A stretch of DNA of 64,000 nucleotides from Vicugna vicugna (taxonomy: Eukaryota): positions 4,322,759 through 4,386,758 of the forward strand of contig MU061814.1 in assembly GCA_013265495.1 (NCBI GenBank), in the 5' to 3' direction. Below the pieces are notes generated by a model. That model did not search any database. It worked only from the letters and a program-made list of their open reading frames with translations, and was not told the DNA's origin. The translations under genes and the position numbers were made by a program. This document shows, one piece after another, positions 11,696 through 24,210 of the stretch. Positions within the stretch are counted from its first letter, which is position 1. Each line of letters starts with the position of its first letter.

Positions 11696-14659
11696 TACTT
11701 TCACATTTAAATGTCAGTCTATTGAAATCTGTCCTGGCCAGAAATCATGTATTAAGCGTTTGCTCTGTCCCAGGCAGTGTGACCAGCACAGAGACCCAGC
11801 ACGAGCAAGGTCAGCACACCTTCTGCCCTCTCGGAGCTGACTCTCACCCCTAGACAGGCTGCCAGCAGGCCGCGGCCACGCCGTGCTGCCCGGTGTGAGA
11901 GAAGAAGGCTGTCCTCCCTCCGGTCCAGCTGAGCTCCTGCCAAGCGCTGAATCCCAGAGCTGAGTCTTCAGGCGGCCTTGGGACTTCTCTCAACAGAGAG
12001 CAGGTCACACGGCCGGGGGCTTGTTAGAGAGACCTCACCGTGCCTCCACTGCCCCAGTCCAAACAAGGCCACCTTCCCGCGTCACCCACGGGCCTGCCCC
12101 TCCTCCAGCCGCCAACTGAGGGGTAAGCCATCTTGTTAAAATACAGAACGCCAGACTGAGACCCCAGACGGCGATGAGTCCTAGCTAGTCCAAGATTTAC
12201 TTTCCAAGCATGAAAGTCAATAAAAACTAATCAGATGTTTACCTCGTTTCCTCGGTAACGACCCCGACACGCCGCCGATTGTCAAACTGAATCTGTGTGC
12301 AGGCGCTGCCCCAACTGGGGTCAGGGCTAATTTCTGCATAACACAAAGAACCATCAGCGCGGTTATTCATACCTGGGCCCAGGGTGCTCTGGGCAGGTGC
12401 CGTTAAGCTCATTTCCGTAGGAGGAGGAGCTGCAGCCCAGATTCGAGTGCGCGGAGCAGGGGATTAGGTATGCAGCAGCCATTAACAGTAATGAGAGGGA
12501 TGCACCTAATTCCCCAGCATCGTTTTAAAATTTGCTTTATTAAATAATGCTGTGATGTTATGTTAAGTAATGCAATGTTAAGCAGCATTGACTTCAGCCT
12601 CATTAAATAATCTCCTTAACTATCACACTGGAAAACTAGTATCATTAAACAAAGGTGGCTTGTCACCAGCCGTGATGTAATCGTGACAGAAGGTTCCAGA
12701 TGAGGGAATTAATAAGCAAGGTACCGCATGTACAACGCCACCAAAGGGCTTCGAAAGAGAGGGTGGGCGGGTCCGAAAAACACCTCTGGAGAGAGAACCC
12801 ACAGTGCCCAGATCACTAACTCAGAAAGGGGAGAAAACTGCCCACCCACTTTTGGTCCTGCCCCTTCGTGCCTGGGGCACGACCAGAATTCCAGGAGAGG
12901 TATGGCTGTGACGTGCTGTTGGGGGAGGAAGGAAACATGACACAGTGGGTCCATTTGTCAGCCTTCCTCTCCGACAGCAAGAAACTGGAGAACACAGTGG
13001 AACGGCCTTCAGTGTCTCCACCCTGACCGTGTCAGAAGAGCCCGTTTCACAGAGAAAGCTGTGATCCTGCCGAGGGAAGCTGCCTTTTACCGTCCTCTTC
13101 TCGGCAGCAGTCCGCAGGATGGCACCGCCTCCCAGAGACGCCAGGTCCCACTCCCCAAACCCGGGAGCACGTTAGGCTGCACGGCAGAGCGAAGTGCAGA
13201 TTGCTAATCAGCCGGCCTCAAGACGGGGGAGGCTCCTGGGCGACCCGAGTGGCGCCCGTGGGACCATCCTGGTCCTTAGAAGAGGGAGAGGGAGGCAGGA
13301 GAAGAGGGAGGGTGGAGTCAGAGGGAGAGATGTGACCATGACAACGACAGACGCAGGGTCTGAGCCGGACGGCGGGAGGGCTCCACCCGCATCGCTGGCT
13401 TCGAAGGTGGAGGAAGGCGCCCAGGGATGCCGGCAGCTTCCGGAAGCTGGAGAAGGCAAGAAAACAGATCTTCACCAAGAGCCTCCAGGAGGAAGGGCAG
13501 CCCTTTCGACACCCGCGTTTTAGCCCAGTAAGACCCGTGCCAGGCTTCTGACCTACAGAGCCACCCAGTGATAAGTCAATTTTAAGCCGCTAAGTTGGCG
13601 GCCATTTGTTCCAGCAGCGGGAGAAAGGAAATGCATGCACTGTTTGGAATGTCGTCCTGCACTTCCTGGTGGAAACTTGGAGACTTAATACACCAGCAAG
13701 GGCGCGCCCTCCACCCACGAGCAGCTCCTTCGGTGGCTGGGGAGGCCCGGCTGCTCCACCGCAGGCATTTCAGCAGCAGAGGAGAGAGAGGTTCACAAGA
13801 GACAGACTAACAGACCCACGGCTAGTGTTCACCAGTGCAGAGGCAGCGGGGGGCGACACCCCCAGGTGCTGAGCCCGTCCCAAGGCCCTTTCTCCAACCA
13901 GCTCCCTCTCCTCACTCAGCCTTGACGGTGAGGGAGGACGCACTTGACTTAGGAGCCGAGGAAGCGCGTACTTAGCTGGTCCAGCTCAAGTTCAGAGCTC
14001 CTTCTGGTAAGGCTCAAGAGCAGAATTTGAACCTCCTGGAGGTTTGGCTCCCAAAGCCAGATCCCGCCCGCTGTCCCACAATACCTAGATGTCAACGATT
14101 CTCAACACACAGCCATCAGTCAGACGCAGCTGCGAGGCCCGCCTTCTGCGTGGGAAACGTGTGCTGCCGACAGTGGGTTGCTCCTGCGTTGCTCCTGTGA
14201 AGGGGCCTTGCCAAGAGGGGTCTTGGATTTACACCAGTCTCTGCACCAGGAGCATAGGCGACACCACTTATCTCCCCACGAGGCTCGCGGGTTAGAAAGG
14301 ACAGAATGCCGGGAGGGCTCTCGGTTCAGTCTTTACTACACGAACAGAGGGGCGGTCTGCCATCATCAGCCCGTGGGGGTCTTCGGCCAGGTCTTGTGCC
14401 ACAGCGCAGTGCACTCCAGGATGAGGAAGTAGCAGCCGCACGTCCATGTGAGAAATCCTCCCCGCATTGGCCATCGCCCGCCTTGTTACAGGCGTGGAAG
14501 ACAAAGGTGCAAAGACTCAAAGAGAGAACCAAAGGGCGTGGCCGGGGGGGCAAGCGCCTACTGCCCGGGGGAGCTTTGTGATGCCAGACACGTCCACGGG
14601 TGCCCTTTACAATAAGGCAGCCTCTAGCGACAAGCGGCTAGTGCCCTGTGACTGAGGAC

Positions 14660-14745
14660 CTGAACACGGAAGCTTAGTTCGTTTTAATTAATTTTTAAAT
14701 TAAAATACTCACATCTGGCTAGTGGCTCTTCTATTGGACAGTGTA
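14660..14745. mobile_element. hAT-Charlie MITE end (MER3/MER33-like)
   Basis: ttaattaatttttaaattaaaatactcacatctggctagtggct...tattggacagtg. Confidence 0.65.
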
Positions 14746-16107
14746 GAATTGAAGAAATGTGTGTGAGCCTACAACGTGTCCATGACACTGCAGTGGCCAC
14801 TGGCCCGCTGGCCCGTTGGCCTTGGAATGTTCAGCCTCGTGGCGAGCGAGGCTCACCCCGACCTCCAGGATCCAGGTGTGTAATCCTTCTGTGAAAAGCT
14901 GTGCTCCCTCGTCCATCATCCTTTCTGTGTCTAAACAGCCCTTCAGCCCGCCTGTCTTGTGTCTGTTTCTTTGCTACCGGACCTATCAATCCGTGTTACA
15001 CATTGGACTTCGACTGAAACTCGTGCCCTGGGCTGGGCCCCTCCTGGAGCCGTTTTATTGCACACATGGAATTAACACGAGGGCTAATTATAGCTGTCAG
15101 TTAAAAGCATAGCTTGTAATAAAAACGCCCTTCAACTTTTTGGAGTTAACAAAGCCACACGTGGGTGGATGCCCTGTTGAGTAAGGACGGTCCTGGGTGC
15201 GGCGACCCGGGTTCTCCGCACCGGGGACGCTTTTTCTCTCGTCTCATTCCTGGGAGCCAGTGGAGAACCTCACAGCCACTGTCACTCTGGCAGGAGAAAG
15301 ACCGCTCCAGACTCGCATTTTTCAACTTCACCTTAGCAGTCTCAAGTATCTCCCGATGCCTCAGAGCGCCCAGACCATAATCCAGATTGAATGACATTTT
15401 TAAACGAGGAAATCGAGGTTTATGATCTACTTGCCAGTTTCAGCGTTTTGATCCTCATACTGAGAACCCTACATCTGACAAGGGTTGTCTAGGGTGCTGT
15501 CTGATCGGGCCGCCCAGGGAAATGACAGCCCGCAAGGCTCTGCTCCGGCTGCGGGCGCACTGACACCGGCCGCGCTCCTCCGGTCCATCGCAGCAGGAGG
15601 GTATCACCTGCTCTCCTTGAGGCCCCACATTCTGGTCCACACGCTTGCTGTGAAGTTGTTTTGTTGACCACTGGGGAGCAGAGGTCCTACGGAAACGTGA
15701 TCTCTCAAAGCCAGATCCCCCTGTACCGGCGGGGTGTGCGGCTCTTAAATATTTGTTCAGCGAAGGCCGCGGCCGCTCCTGAGCCGGGAAAGGGCACGGG
15801 GTAAACAGGCAGCCGCGGGCACAGCCTCCCAGGCGTTGGGAGGTGGTGTGGGGCCCCCGCAGCGGGTAGGGAGACCACTGCCTGCGAGTTCTGGCAAGAA
15901 GAAGTCAACATTCCTCACTCCTAAGGAAAGACAAGGAAACAAAAACCAACTACGGCTGTGCCAGCCTGTTACGTTCAGGTCCAACGCTGGTTCCCAAGGT
16001 GTGTTCCCGGGCACACTGCCACAACCTGCAGGGCTTTCCTACACAAGTCAAGGCTGCGGACAGACTGCAACCACGTGAACAAGGAGAAAGGGGACTTGAT
16101 TCTGGAG

Positions 16108-16290
16108 CAGTGGCCGCAACCCTGGCCGTATGTTGGAGTCACCTGGGAAGACTTTTTAAGTGCCAGTGCCCAGATCCCAAAGCCCATTGGATAGTGCTCC
16201 CTGTAGGGCTGGGGCAGTGGCAGTGGGGATCAGTCCCTTAGTTTAAATATCCCCGGGGGATTTTAACATGCAGCGGGTTGGCCACCGCTG
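16108..16290. mobile_element. MER5A-like hAT MITE
   Basis: Begins cagtgg...gagtcacctgg and ends ...ccaccgctg; length and internal motifs fit MER5A. Confidence 0.55.
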
Positions 16291-17809
16291 ACTAGGGGAG
16301 GAGGGTGGGGGTCCAGAATCTTCCCAGTGGGAAGGTGACTGGAGAAGCAGGCGTAGACAGGGAAGCTCCTGAAAGTCATGGGGATGGTCCCATGGACAGG
16401 ACCCACCCCTCTGCCACCCTCACACCACGGGCTCAAGGTTCTGAATTCCTGGAGGGCAGGCTGACGGCGCTCAGGCTGACGGCGCTCAGGACGCAGCCGG
16501 GCCCTCGGTGGCGGGGCTGAGAGGAAGGCACCCCTGTCCCCCTGCTTCCTGAGTGGGAGGAGAGGCGGAAACTACTCCCTGCCTCGGACACACACAGCCA
16601 GGAGGCCGGAGTGAAACCAGCCAGGGGAGTGGACGCTGGGCCCTGAGGTGCCCCCACCAGCCATGGTCCCTGCCTCCAGCGGGTGCGTATCCTGGGGTGA
16701 AAATACGTCTTAAAGTCCCTGGGTTATAGATATACAAGCTTCTCCAGTCAGCACAGGGGGCAGGATTCAATGCCTCGTAACAACCTAAAATGGAAAAGAG
16801 TACGAAAGCGAATGCATGTGTGAGTGTGGGTGGCTGAGACGTTACGCTGCCCACCAGAGACGGGCACATCGTTCCGAGCGGACTGCAGCTCAACAGAAAT
16901 AGTAGTAACAGTAAGTCTATGGGTTAAAAAACAGTACAAACCTGTTTGAAGCAAGAAGACGATGTACCACATTCTCCCAAAACATTTTAATGATTACAGA
17001 GCCTCCCCGCTTTGTATTTTTCAAATTTACCGTCGTCATCATTTTAACGACCGTGGCGCAGCGGCGTGAAGCCCATCACCCCTCTGTCCACCTCCAGAAC
17101 GTGTTCACTTGGCTGTCACTTGTAGAGCGTGCGGGGTGGGCCAAGCCCTTCGGAAGACACCAGGAGCCCGGGAGGGTGGAGCCCAGGGGCAGACACCCCT
17201 CGGGGCGCCTGTCCTCCCCTGGGCTGCGGCACAGGCCGTGCTGTTTACCGCTCACAACACACTCAGGACCCGCACACAGACTGCAGTTTACAAATCTATC
17301 TCACACACACTCTGAGCAAATTAAATCAGATCAGGCAGAAACTGCCTTAAAGGGAGATAATATTCTGACTAACTTCCCGCTTAAAGTGGCCACGGTCCCC
17401 GGGCCTGCCACACTGGCCCTGTCACCTGGGTCAGACGCGGGAGCAAGCCAGCGGCCCCCAGGTGTCTCTTTCCGAACCGGCTCTGGGGAGCCCCACTCCC
17501 CGAGGGCTCTGGGTTTCCACCCACGGCAGAGGTCAGCTGTCCAGCCAGGAGCGTCAGCGGTGAGGGGCTTTGAGTGCTGCGTGGGTTTGGGACACTGCTT
17601 GTGCAGAATGCAGAAAATGTACACATTGTGTGTTGGGGGGCATTTAAAATGGAGGCAACAATTTTTATAGCTGGAAATTGGAAAACTCTCGAAAGCTGAT
17701 GGAAGGAGCCAGAGCGGCCGATGATGAGATGTAAAAGGGAGGTGAAGTCGCCAGTGGGAAGGACGGCTGTGAGGTCTGCCAGACGACCCCGGGCAGCTAC
17801 GGGCTCTCG

Positions 17810-18312
17810 CAGTCGCGGGGTGAAGTCCCCCCAAGTGCACTGACACCCTAACACCCCAGACCCGCGACCGTGCCACCTTACAGAGCAGAGGGGCCTCTGC
17901 AGCTGTGGCTAAGTTTGTGAGCCCTGAGACGGGAGCCGACCCTGGGTTACCTGTCTTTACCACGTGAGTCCTTGAGAGCAGAGAACCGTTCCCAGCTGTG
18001 ATCAGAGGAGACGCAGTGATGGAGGGGTGATCGCGAGGTGGGGGTGAGAAAGGCTGGACCCGCTGCTGCTGGGTTTGAAGCTGGAGGAAGGGGCCCAGAG
18101 CCAGGGTGCAGGTGCCTCCGGAAGCTGGCAAAGGCAGGAAGCGCGTTCTCGCCCGGAGCCTCCGGAGGGAGCCCCGCCTCGCAGACACCCCGATCTCAGC
18201 CTCGGGAGGCCTATTTCAGACTCTGACCTCCAGACCGGGAGATAACACACTCACACTGTCTAAGCCACTGAGCGTGTGGTGCTCTGTTACAGCAGCACAG
18301 GAAACGAACACG
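17810..18312 (+). mobile_element. MLT1D-like MaLR solo LTR
   Basis: ggacccgctgctgctgggtttgaagctggaggaaggggcc...gaagctggcaaaggcaggaa...gagcctccggaggga...ctgacctccaga...taagccactgag...tgttacagcagc..ggaaacgaacac. Confidence 0.85.
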
Positions 18313-19272
18313 GCTCTGGAGTCAGGCTGCCTGAGTCTGAAGCGCCCAAGTGTATTCCCGGCCCCCACGCGACCCTGCAGAGTGGAGGCAGTCGGCGAGT
18401 CCGCGCCACGGGACCGTTTGAAGGGTTAAACGAGGTATGGCCTGAGAGGCGCTTGCCCCTGGTGAGTTCTGCACATGCCTTAAGCCACAATTTTAAAAGG
18501 AGTAAAGAAAAGAAAGTAAAAAGGTTTTAAAAGGATTTCTTTTTTTAAAAAGAAGGAAGGGACTGTGTGCCACAAAATGCAAAATGTAGGATTCATAGTG
18601 ATGTCGAGGCTCTAAATGCTGGCCGTGGGGACAGCAGGCTCGTTGCCGGGTTCTTTTGAGCAGGTACGGATTCTCAGGGCAGTGGTTCCGCTCGTGAGTG
18701 GAGCTGGCCCAGGAGGTCCTCCCTGCTGGGCCCGGGGAGACACGGGCCGCCCCGGTCTCCGCGCTGTTCCTGGGCAGGGCCTCGGCCGACGGAATGGACA
18801 CTAAATATAAAGAGGAACCACATGAGAAAACAGTCTCGGGCCGAGTCTGAGGCCAGCCCGCGCGGTCTTCTGACGGCGCTGGCCAGGGCGGCATTGCTCC
18901 CAACATGAGAAGGAAAGACATTCCCATTAGTGCTTCATTCCCACACGCCTGCGCCTTCTGAAATGTGAGCTTTCTGTTTCCTTCTTACTTTCCGGAGATA
19001 AAACCAAAGTCCTTGCATTTGTGCCACACGATCTCTGTGCTTTATCTGCCCTTCATCGCTTCTTGCAAGTAAACTCCTGCCTCTTTGCAGTCGGCCTGCA
19101 ACCCGCCGCCCTGTGTGCCTCATGGAGTCTTCATTTCCTTGGGGGAGATCCCCCTGCTTCCCCCTCGGCTGGCCTGGAGGGGGTCTCTCACTGCTGGTCG
19201 GATTATAATGCCCCCTGCCCCTCCACCCGCTGCCCGGTGTGGCTGCCCCTCCAGGCCCAGCCGAGCTGCGCA

Positions 19273-19291
19273 CAGCGCCGCCTAGTGGCCA
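19273..19291 (-). promoter_or_regulatory. Candidate CTCF binding site
   Basis: The minus strand reads TGGCCACTAGGCGGCGCTG and fits the degenerate CTCF core (recalled as YRGCCASYAGRKGGCRSYR) at 18 of 19 positions. Confidence 0.65.
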
Positions 19292-19559
19292 AGAGCCCCA
19301 GGCGCGCCCTGCTGGGCACGCACGCTTCAGAGCCTGGGGGGGAAAAGGGGGTTTTTAAGTCACCTTTTCGTTTTGTCCCTGCAGTTCTCTATGCATCTGA
19401 GAGCTATGCTGGAATTCGCAGAGCAGCAAACTATGAATGAGAGAGAATTAGAGAACGCGCACAGGTGTGTACTGGTGGACTGGGAACCACATGAGCTGAT
19501 GGAATGGTCCAGTGGTCCAGCCTGACCCTTGTGTGTGGGACCTGTGATTCAAAAGTCAG

Positions 19560-19935
19560 ACCTAAAGTGAAGCAAAGACGGAGAAGGACAAAGATCAGAT
19601 GATACCACTTGGATGTGGAATCTGAAACATGACACACACGGACTTACTGACAAAACAGAAGCCGACTCACGGACATAAAAAACACGCTCATGGCCACCAA
19701 AGGGGAAGGTGGGGGGAAGGATAAACTCGGAGTTCGGGATTAGCAGGTGCACGCTGCTGTGCACCAAACAGATGAACGGCAAGGCCTGCTGTACAGCACA
19801 GGGGGCTGGACGCAGCAGCTTGTAGCTGCCCATGATGAGCGTGTAGGTGTGTAACTGGGCCACTGTGCGGCACACCTGACGCTGACACAACACGGTGGAT
19901 CGACCGCCCTGCACCGAAAGTAAATAAGGAAAAGC
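19560..19935 (+). mobile_element. 5'-truncated LINE-1 3' end, cetartiodactyl type, strongly GC-shifted
   Basis: gatgataccacttggatgtggaatct...acaaaacagaagccgactcacggacata...ccaaaggggaagg...ggagttcgggattagcag...ctgtacagcacaggg...cacacctga..ctgacacaac; remnant A-rich tail. Confidence 0.85.
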
Positions 19936-22544
19936 GAGTCTGTCTGTCACGCGTCACAGTTCATCTGTCCGTCGGCCGGCCTCCCGTCTGCCGCACGCAC
20001 AGGCAGACCCACCCACGTCGCAGGGTAGTGCTGGCCACGCAGTGAAGAGAAAGCACCAGGGACACCGCATCGTATGCTGGGCCCGGGCACGTGTCTTCCC
20101 ACCGCGGTGCGTCTGCAGGCTGTGCGGCGACATTCGGTCTTGGCAGGGAAACGCAGACCCTGGGGGCTGGGCTGGGGCGGGGTGCCCTGCGCTGGGGGAC
20201 AGGGGCTTGGCCTTGGGCCCCGAGTGGCTCCAGACCTGGTGGTCGGCGGGAGACGCTCGGGTCAGTGGGCTGGGAAGCGGGCCGCGTGGGTGTCTGGCGG
20301 AGGGCGGGCGGCGCCCCCCAAGGGGGCCGGACCAGTTCTCTTCCCTGGCAGTCGATTCGATCGGCACGCTGGCTTGTTGAAGGCATGGTCCTGTTTCTCA
20401 CAAAGGCTGGGCTCCTGCTCTCCGGGGTTCACACCCGCTTCCTTCTCAGCTGCCCCTCCTCCAGACGGGACTGGGAGTGACTGCCCTCTGGGGCACATGT
20501 CCACGCAGTCTGCTAGCTACGGCCAGGAGGGGCTGGCCAGCACAGGCTCCTCCCAGCTTTGGCCTGGCCACTCCCTCTCCTGGGATGCCCTGCGGTCACC
20601 CCACAGTCTCCCCCAGGAGTTCTGTCCTCTGTGCTGTCGGCCTGGGCCCCCCCAGCTGGAAGTCTCTGGTGTGTTCGTACCGTGTCTGTCTGTGTAAGGC
20701 AGAAGCCCGGTTCCTTCCACAGCCTCCCTGCGTGCGTGCCAGGCACAACCAGCGAGGGTTAACCCAAGGGAGGAACGTGTTTCCTGCTGCCGAGGGCCTG
20801 GAGAGGCCAAAGTTTCGGTTGCCAAGGACAAAGTGGTCAGTTGTCAAGGAAGAACTGCCTCCCCCGGGCAGGGCCAGTGGCCCATCAGCTCGGCTCTCGC
20901 TGGAGCTGGAGGTTATTCTAACCAAGCTCCGTCCTGCCCACTGTGGGCGGCCAGTTGCCCGGCCCCGGCACCCTCGGCATGTAAGGCCAGACTAGCCTCA
21001 GGAGCGGGGCCGAGCTGGGCACTGTGGGGTGTCTCGCGACACCCCCACCTTCGCCACCAGGCACCAGACCCCCTCGCCAGCCCTGCCCTCACCCCAGCTG
21101 TGGCAGTGAAAACGTCCATCGCCAAGACGTCACGTGGGGCAAGCTCACCCCTGCCCCCCATGGATCGGTCTCCATTCCTCTCCGCCTGCCTGCCCCGGCA
21201 TCACTGTGATTTCTTTCCAGGACAAGAAGCTGCGCTTGGACAGGTCCTGGCTCCTAGTCTTGCACACACGCCCCGGATCCATGCTCGTGCCAGTCGTCCA
21301 GCCGGAGCCCCCGGCACCCCCATGCTGCCCCCGAAGCTTCCCCGCGTGCGTTCAGACAGGCTGTGTGGCCCCATAGCAGCCCTCCAGGGAGGGAGAAACG
21401 CGCATCCTCCAAGAAGCCGCAAGGGAGGCTGGGCCTGGGCGGGCGCTCAAAGCCAGGCCAGCAGAGGCCAGCCCAGGGCAACTCACTGAATGGCCTTCAG
21501 CAACATTGTCGCTAGGCGGACGAGGCACTGAGCTCCAAAGAGGGGGGAGACTGAGGGTACGGCCCAATTCTATCCGTCTGAGGGCCTCTGAATGCTCCTC
21601 AGAGGCACGTCCTTCCCAGTTAGCTGCTGCCCCTGACGACGTCTGAGAGAGGTTGGCGTCCGGGGCCCCCCCGCCATCCGCACCCACGCTCGGCTGTTAG
21701 ACGGCGCGTCCGATCACGGAGTCACCACGCTGCCGGCTACTCGACATCATTTTCAAACCACTGCTTTACTTCAACAATGATAAAGCTTCCTGGCCGCTGA
21801 CAAGTAAGCGGGAAGCCTTCCTACACGCCGGCAGAGCCAGGAAAGGCAATAGTGTCAGAGCTGGGCCTCGCCCTCCCGCCTGGCGTCTGCTCTTCCCAAT
21901 TTGCGTTTGCCCAGAGCGCTGGGAAATCCAGAGGCTGGCAGACTCGTTACTCACTTCCCACCCCTGTCAATCTCGGTGAGGTTTTACATGATTGGATGTG
22001 AGTTTGGGGTGAATTATTCAGGTCTCATATTTTGATGAATGGGAAAAAAAGATGCCTGGAGAGAACACGGAATGTGCGTGTTTGTGCGATTCGGGAAAAC
22101 AAACGTCACCTTTGCCCCACTTTTACTTCCCGTAAAGAATTACCTGTAATCTGTGCTTGCCAAGCAAAGCCCCCTGGGTAGGCGGGAGCCCTGCCAGCCG
22201 CGAGCTCACGGGGAGAGACTTGCGCGTCTCTCTGGGCGGCATTCCCATCCTTATCCGGAAGGGGCGGTAATGGTAACAACAGGGCCCCTGCCCTGGGCCG
22301 TGGGACGCTCGTTTATAGCGTGTGCGGGGACGAATCCGCGTGCTGGCGAGGACTGGGCGGACTAGCATCTGCCGTCTGCCCGGTCGAGGGCGTGAGCCTC
22401 CTCTGGCCCCGTCGGGGAAGAGGCCCGGGGTGGCTGTGGCGGTGAGGCCGCCGGGAGCAGGGCTTTGGCCGTTTGCACTGAGAGCTAAGACTCACTGCCC
22501 TGCCCCACGGTGCCCCTCTGGGAAATCAGGAGACGTGCACACGG

Positions 22545-22600
22545 ACGCCGGGCCTCAGTTTTCTCATCTGTAAATGAGGGGCAACCTCCTGACTTCGTGA
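22545..22600 (+). mobile_element. MIR core fragment
   Basis: gcctcagttttctcatctgtaaatgaggg. Confidence 0.6.
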
Positions 22601-23759
22601 CAGCGCCCTCGGGGAGAAGGACAGGCGGGGAGGACCAACAGGACCACCGTAATGGAGGGACGCAATCTTGTCTGACAGCCTCCCCCTCCCTCAGGACTCG
22701 ATGACTCGCTAGCCCCCCGTACGAGACAGCCTCTTCTGTTCAGGGAACCCCAGGGCGCCTGGTTCAACCGGCGAGGCACCACGGTTGGCTAGAAACCTCC
22801 CCCACCTCTCAAAAACGGATCTCTGCTCTCCGAGCTTAGCCGGCCTCAGTGATGTGTGATTACGACACCTCCTCCACCGCGTGTTATTAATTTCATTTAT
22901 AGCAGAGCCGATAACTCACACATTCAAGGCAGTTTGTCATGCATACCTGTAAATAGATTGAAAGTCTGCCGAAGCGTGCTGGGTACACACGCGGCCGCAG
23001 CCCGCGCGTCTCCTGGCCCCCCGCCAAGGCCTCACCGCCGGGAGGTATTCTTCATCACGCGTATGAATTTATGCCACCCCAGCCCCCGGCTCCCTCACCC
23101 CTGGAACTCCGCTCAGTCTCAGCGCTGCTGCCCCAGCCGGCTCTGTGGGCACTGCTCCCCGTGAAGGTGAACTGTCGCAGCCGTCATGTTCCTGTTGATT
23201 TAGAGGAGACGCCTCCACGCCTGCCCACTCGGTGGTCTCTGTTCCGTGCCCTGCGCCAAAAGCACCCCGCTGTGTATGAGGCGAGTGGACACGGGCAGGG
23301 CGACCCGGACAGAGGGGGCTGGGGCCGCAGGAGCCGCAGAGCTCGGGACACAGGGTGCGCTGCCCCCATTCCCCCCAGAGTGGCCTGGAGTCACCAGAAG
23401 GGTCCTCGGTGCTGCAGTCTGAATAATCAACGTGGTTCCGGCCAGAGATGCAAGCTGCTTGCTTAGGGCAAGTCTTTTATTTATTTTTTCTTTTAGGGCT
23501 GCATCCAAAAATAGCAAAATGGACATTTAGGAATTTCACAAACCTTTTGATAATACCCTCATTTCCCAAAATTTATCCCGTAGATGTTGTGGTACATACA
23601 CTCCTGGGGGCACGCCTTCACGGCGGGGGTGCGACTGCTTTGTGGACACCTGTGGTTTCTGCCTTCTCGGCGTCTGTGCCCCGGCTGGTAGCAGACCTTC
23701 GGTGTTTATGGGGCAGGTGACCTCCTCATCCATGAGGGTCAGGGGGATTGACTCCGCCC

Positions 23760-24210
23760 CTGCCTCCAGTGTGGTCATGTGACCCAGAGCTGGCCGATCA
23801 CAGCATCAGCTCCCCCAGCGTGGTGACTAGTTCAGGGAACTAAGATGACAGACCAGCGTGGTCCAGTGAGGCTCGTTCCAGGACTCTTGCCAAGGCAGTT
23901 GAATAAGGTCAGTTCTCCTACTTCTTGCGTTTCTGAGAAGGCAGGATATAAGCATTGAGCTGCTAATGTAAACATCCTGCAACTAGAAGGAGAAAGCCTT
24001 ATTCAGGATGAAGCTATATGTGCAAAACGGAAGGGGGCAAAGCCCAGAGGTCAAGAGAGGTCTAGTCAGCACCTGGATCCAGCCATGCCTGAAGCCAGTG
24101 TATGTCTTGGTTTTGGGTTACCTGAGCCAAAATATATTTTTCTATTCTTTTTTAAATTATGAGTTGGGATTCACTCTCTTCTGACTGAAAAACAATATCC
24201 TGATAATACA
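23760..24210 (+). mobile_element. MaLR LTR (MLT1K/L-like)
   Basis: gtggtcatgtgacccagagctggccgatca...cctggatccagccatgcctgaagcc...gagccaaaa...gagttggg...cctgataataca. Confidence 0.75.

Noticed and set aside
16457-16490. Short local duplications (15-mer x2.3 here; 8-mer x3 at 32783; 11-mer at 43941; GGTGCT x4 at 59916)
   Set aside because: Ordinary slippage products with no motif suggesting function.
16990-18188. 226-aa and 285-aa opposing ORFs
   Set aside because: They overlap L1 and MLT1D remnants, and I recognise no protein family.
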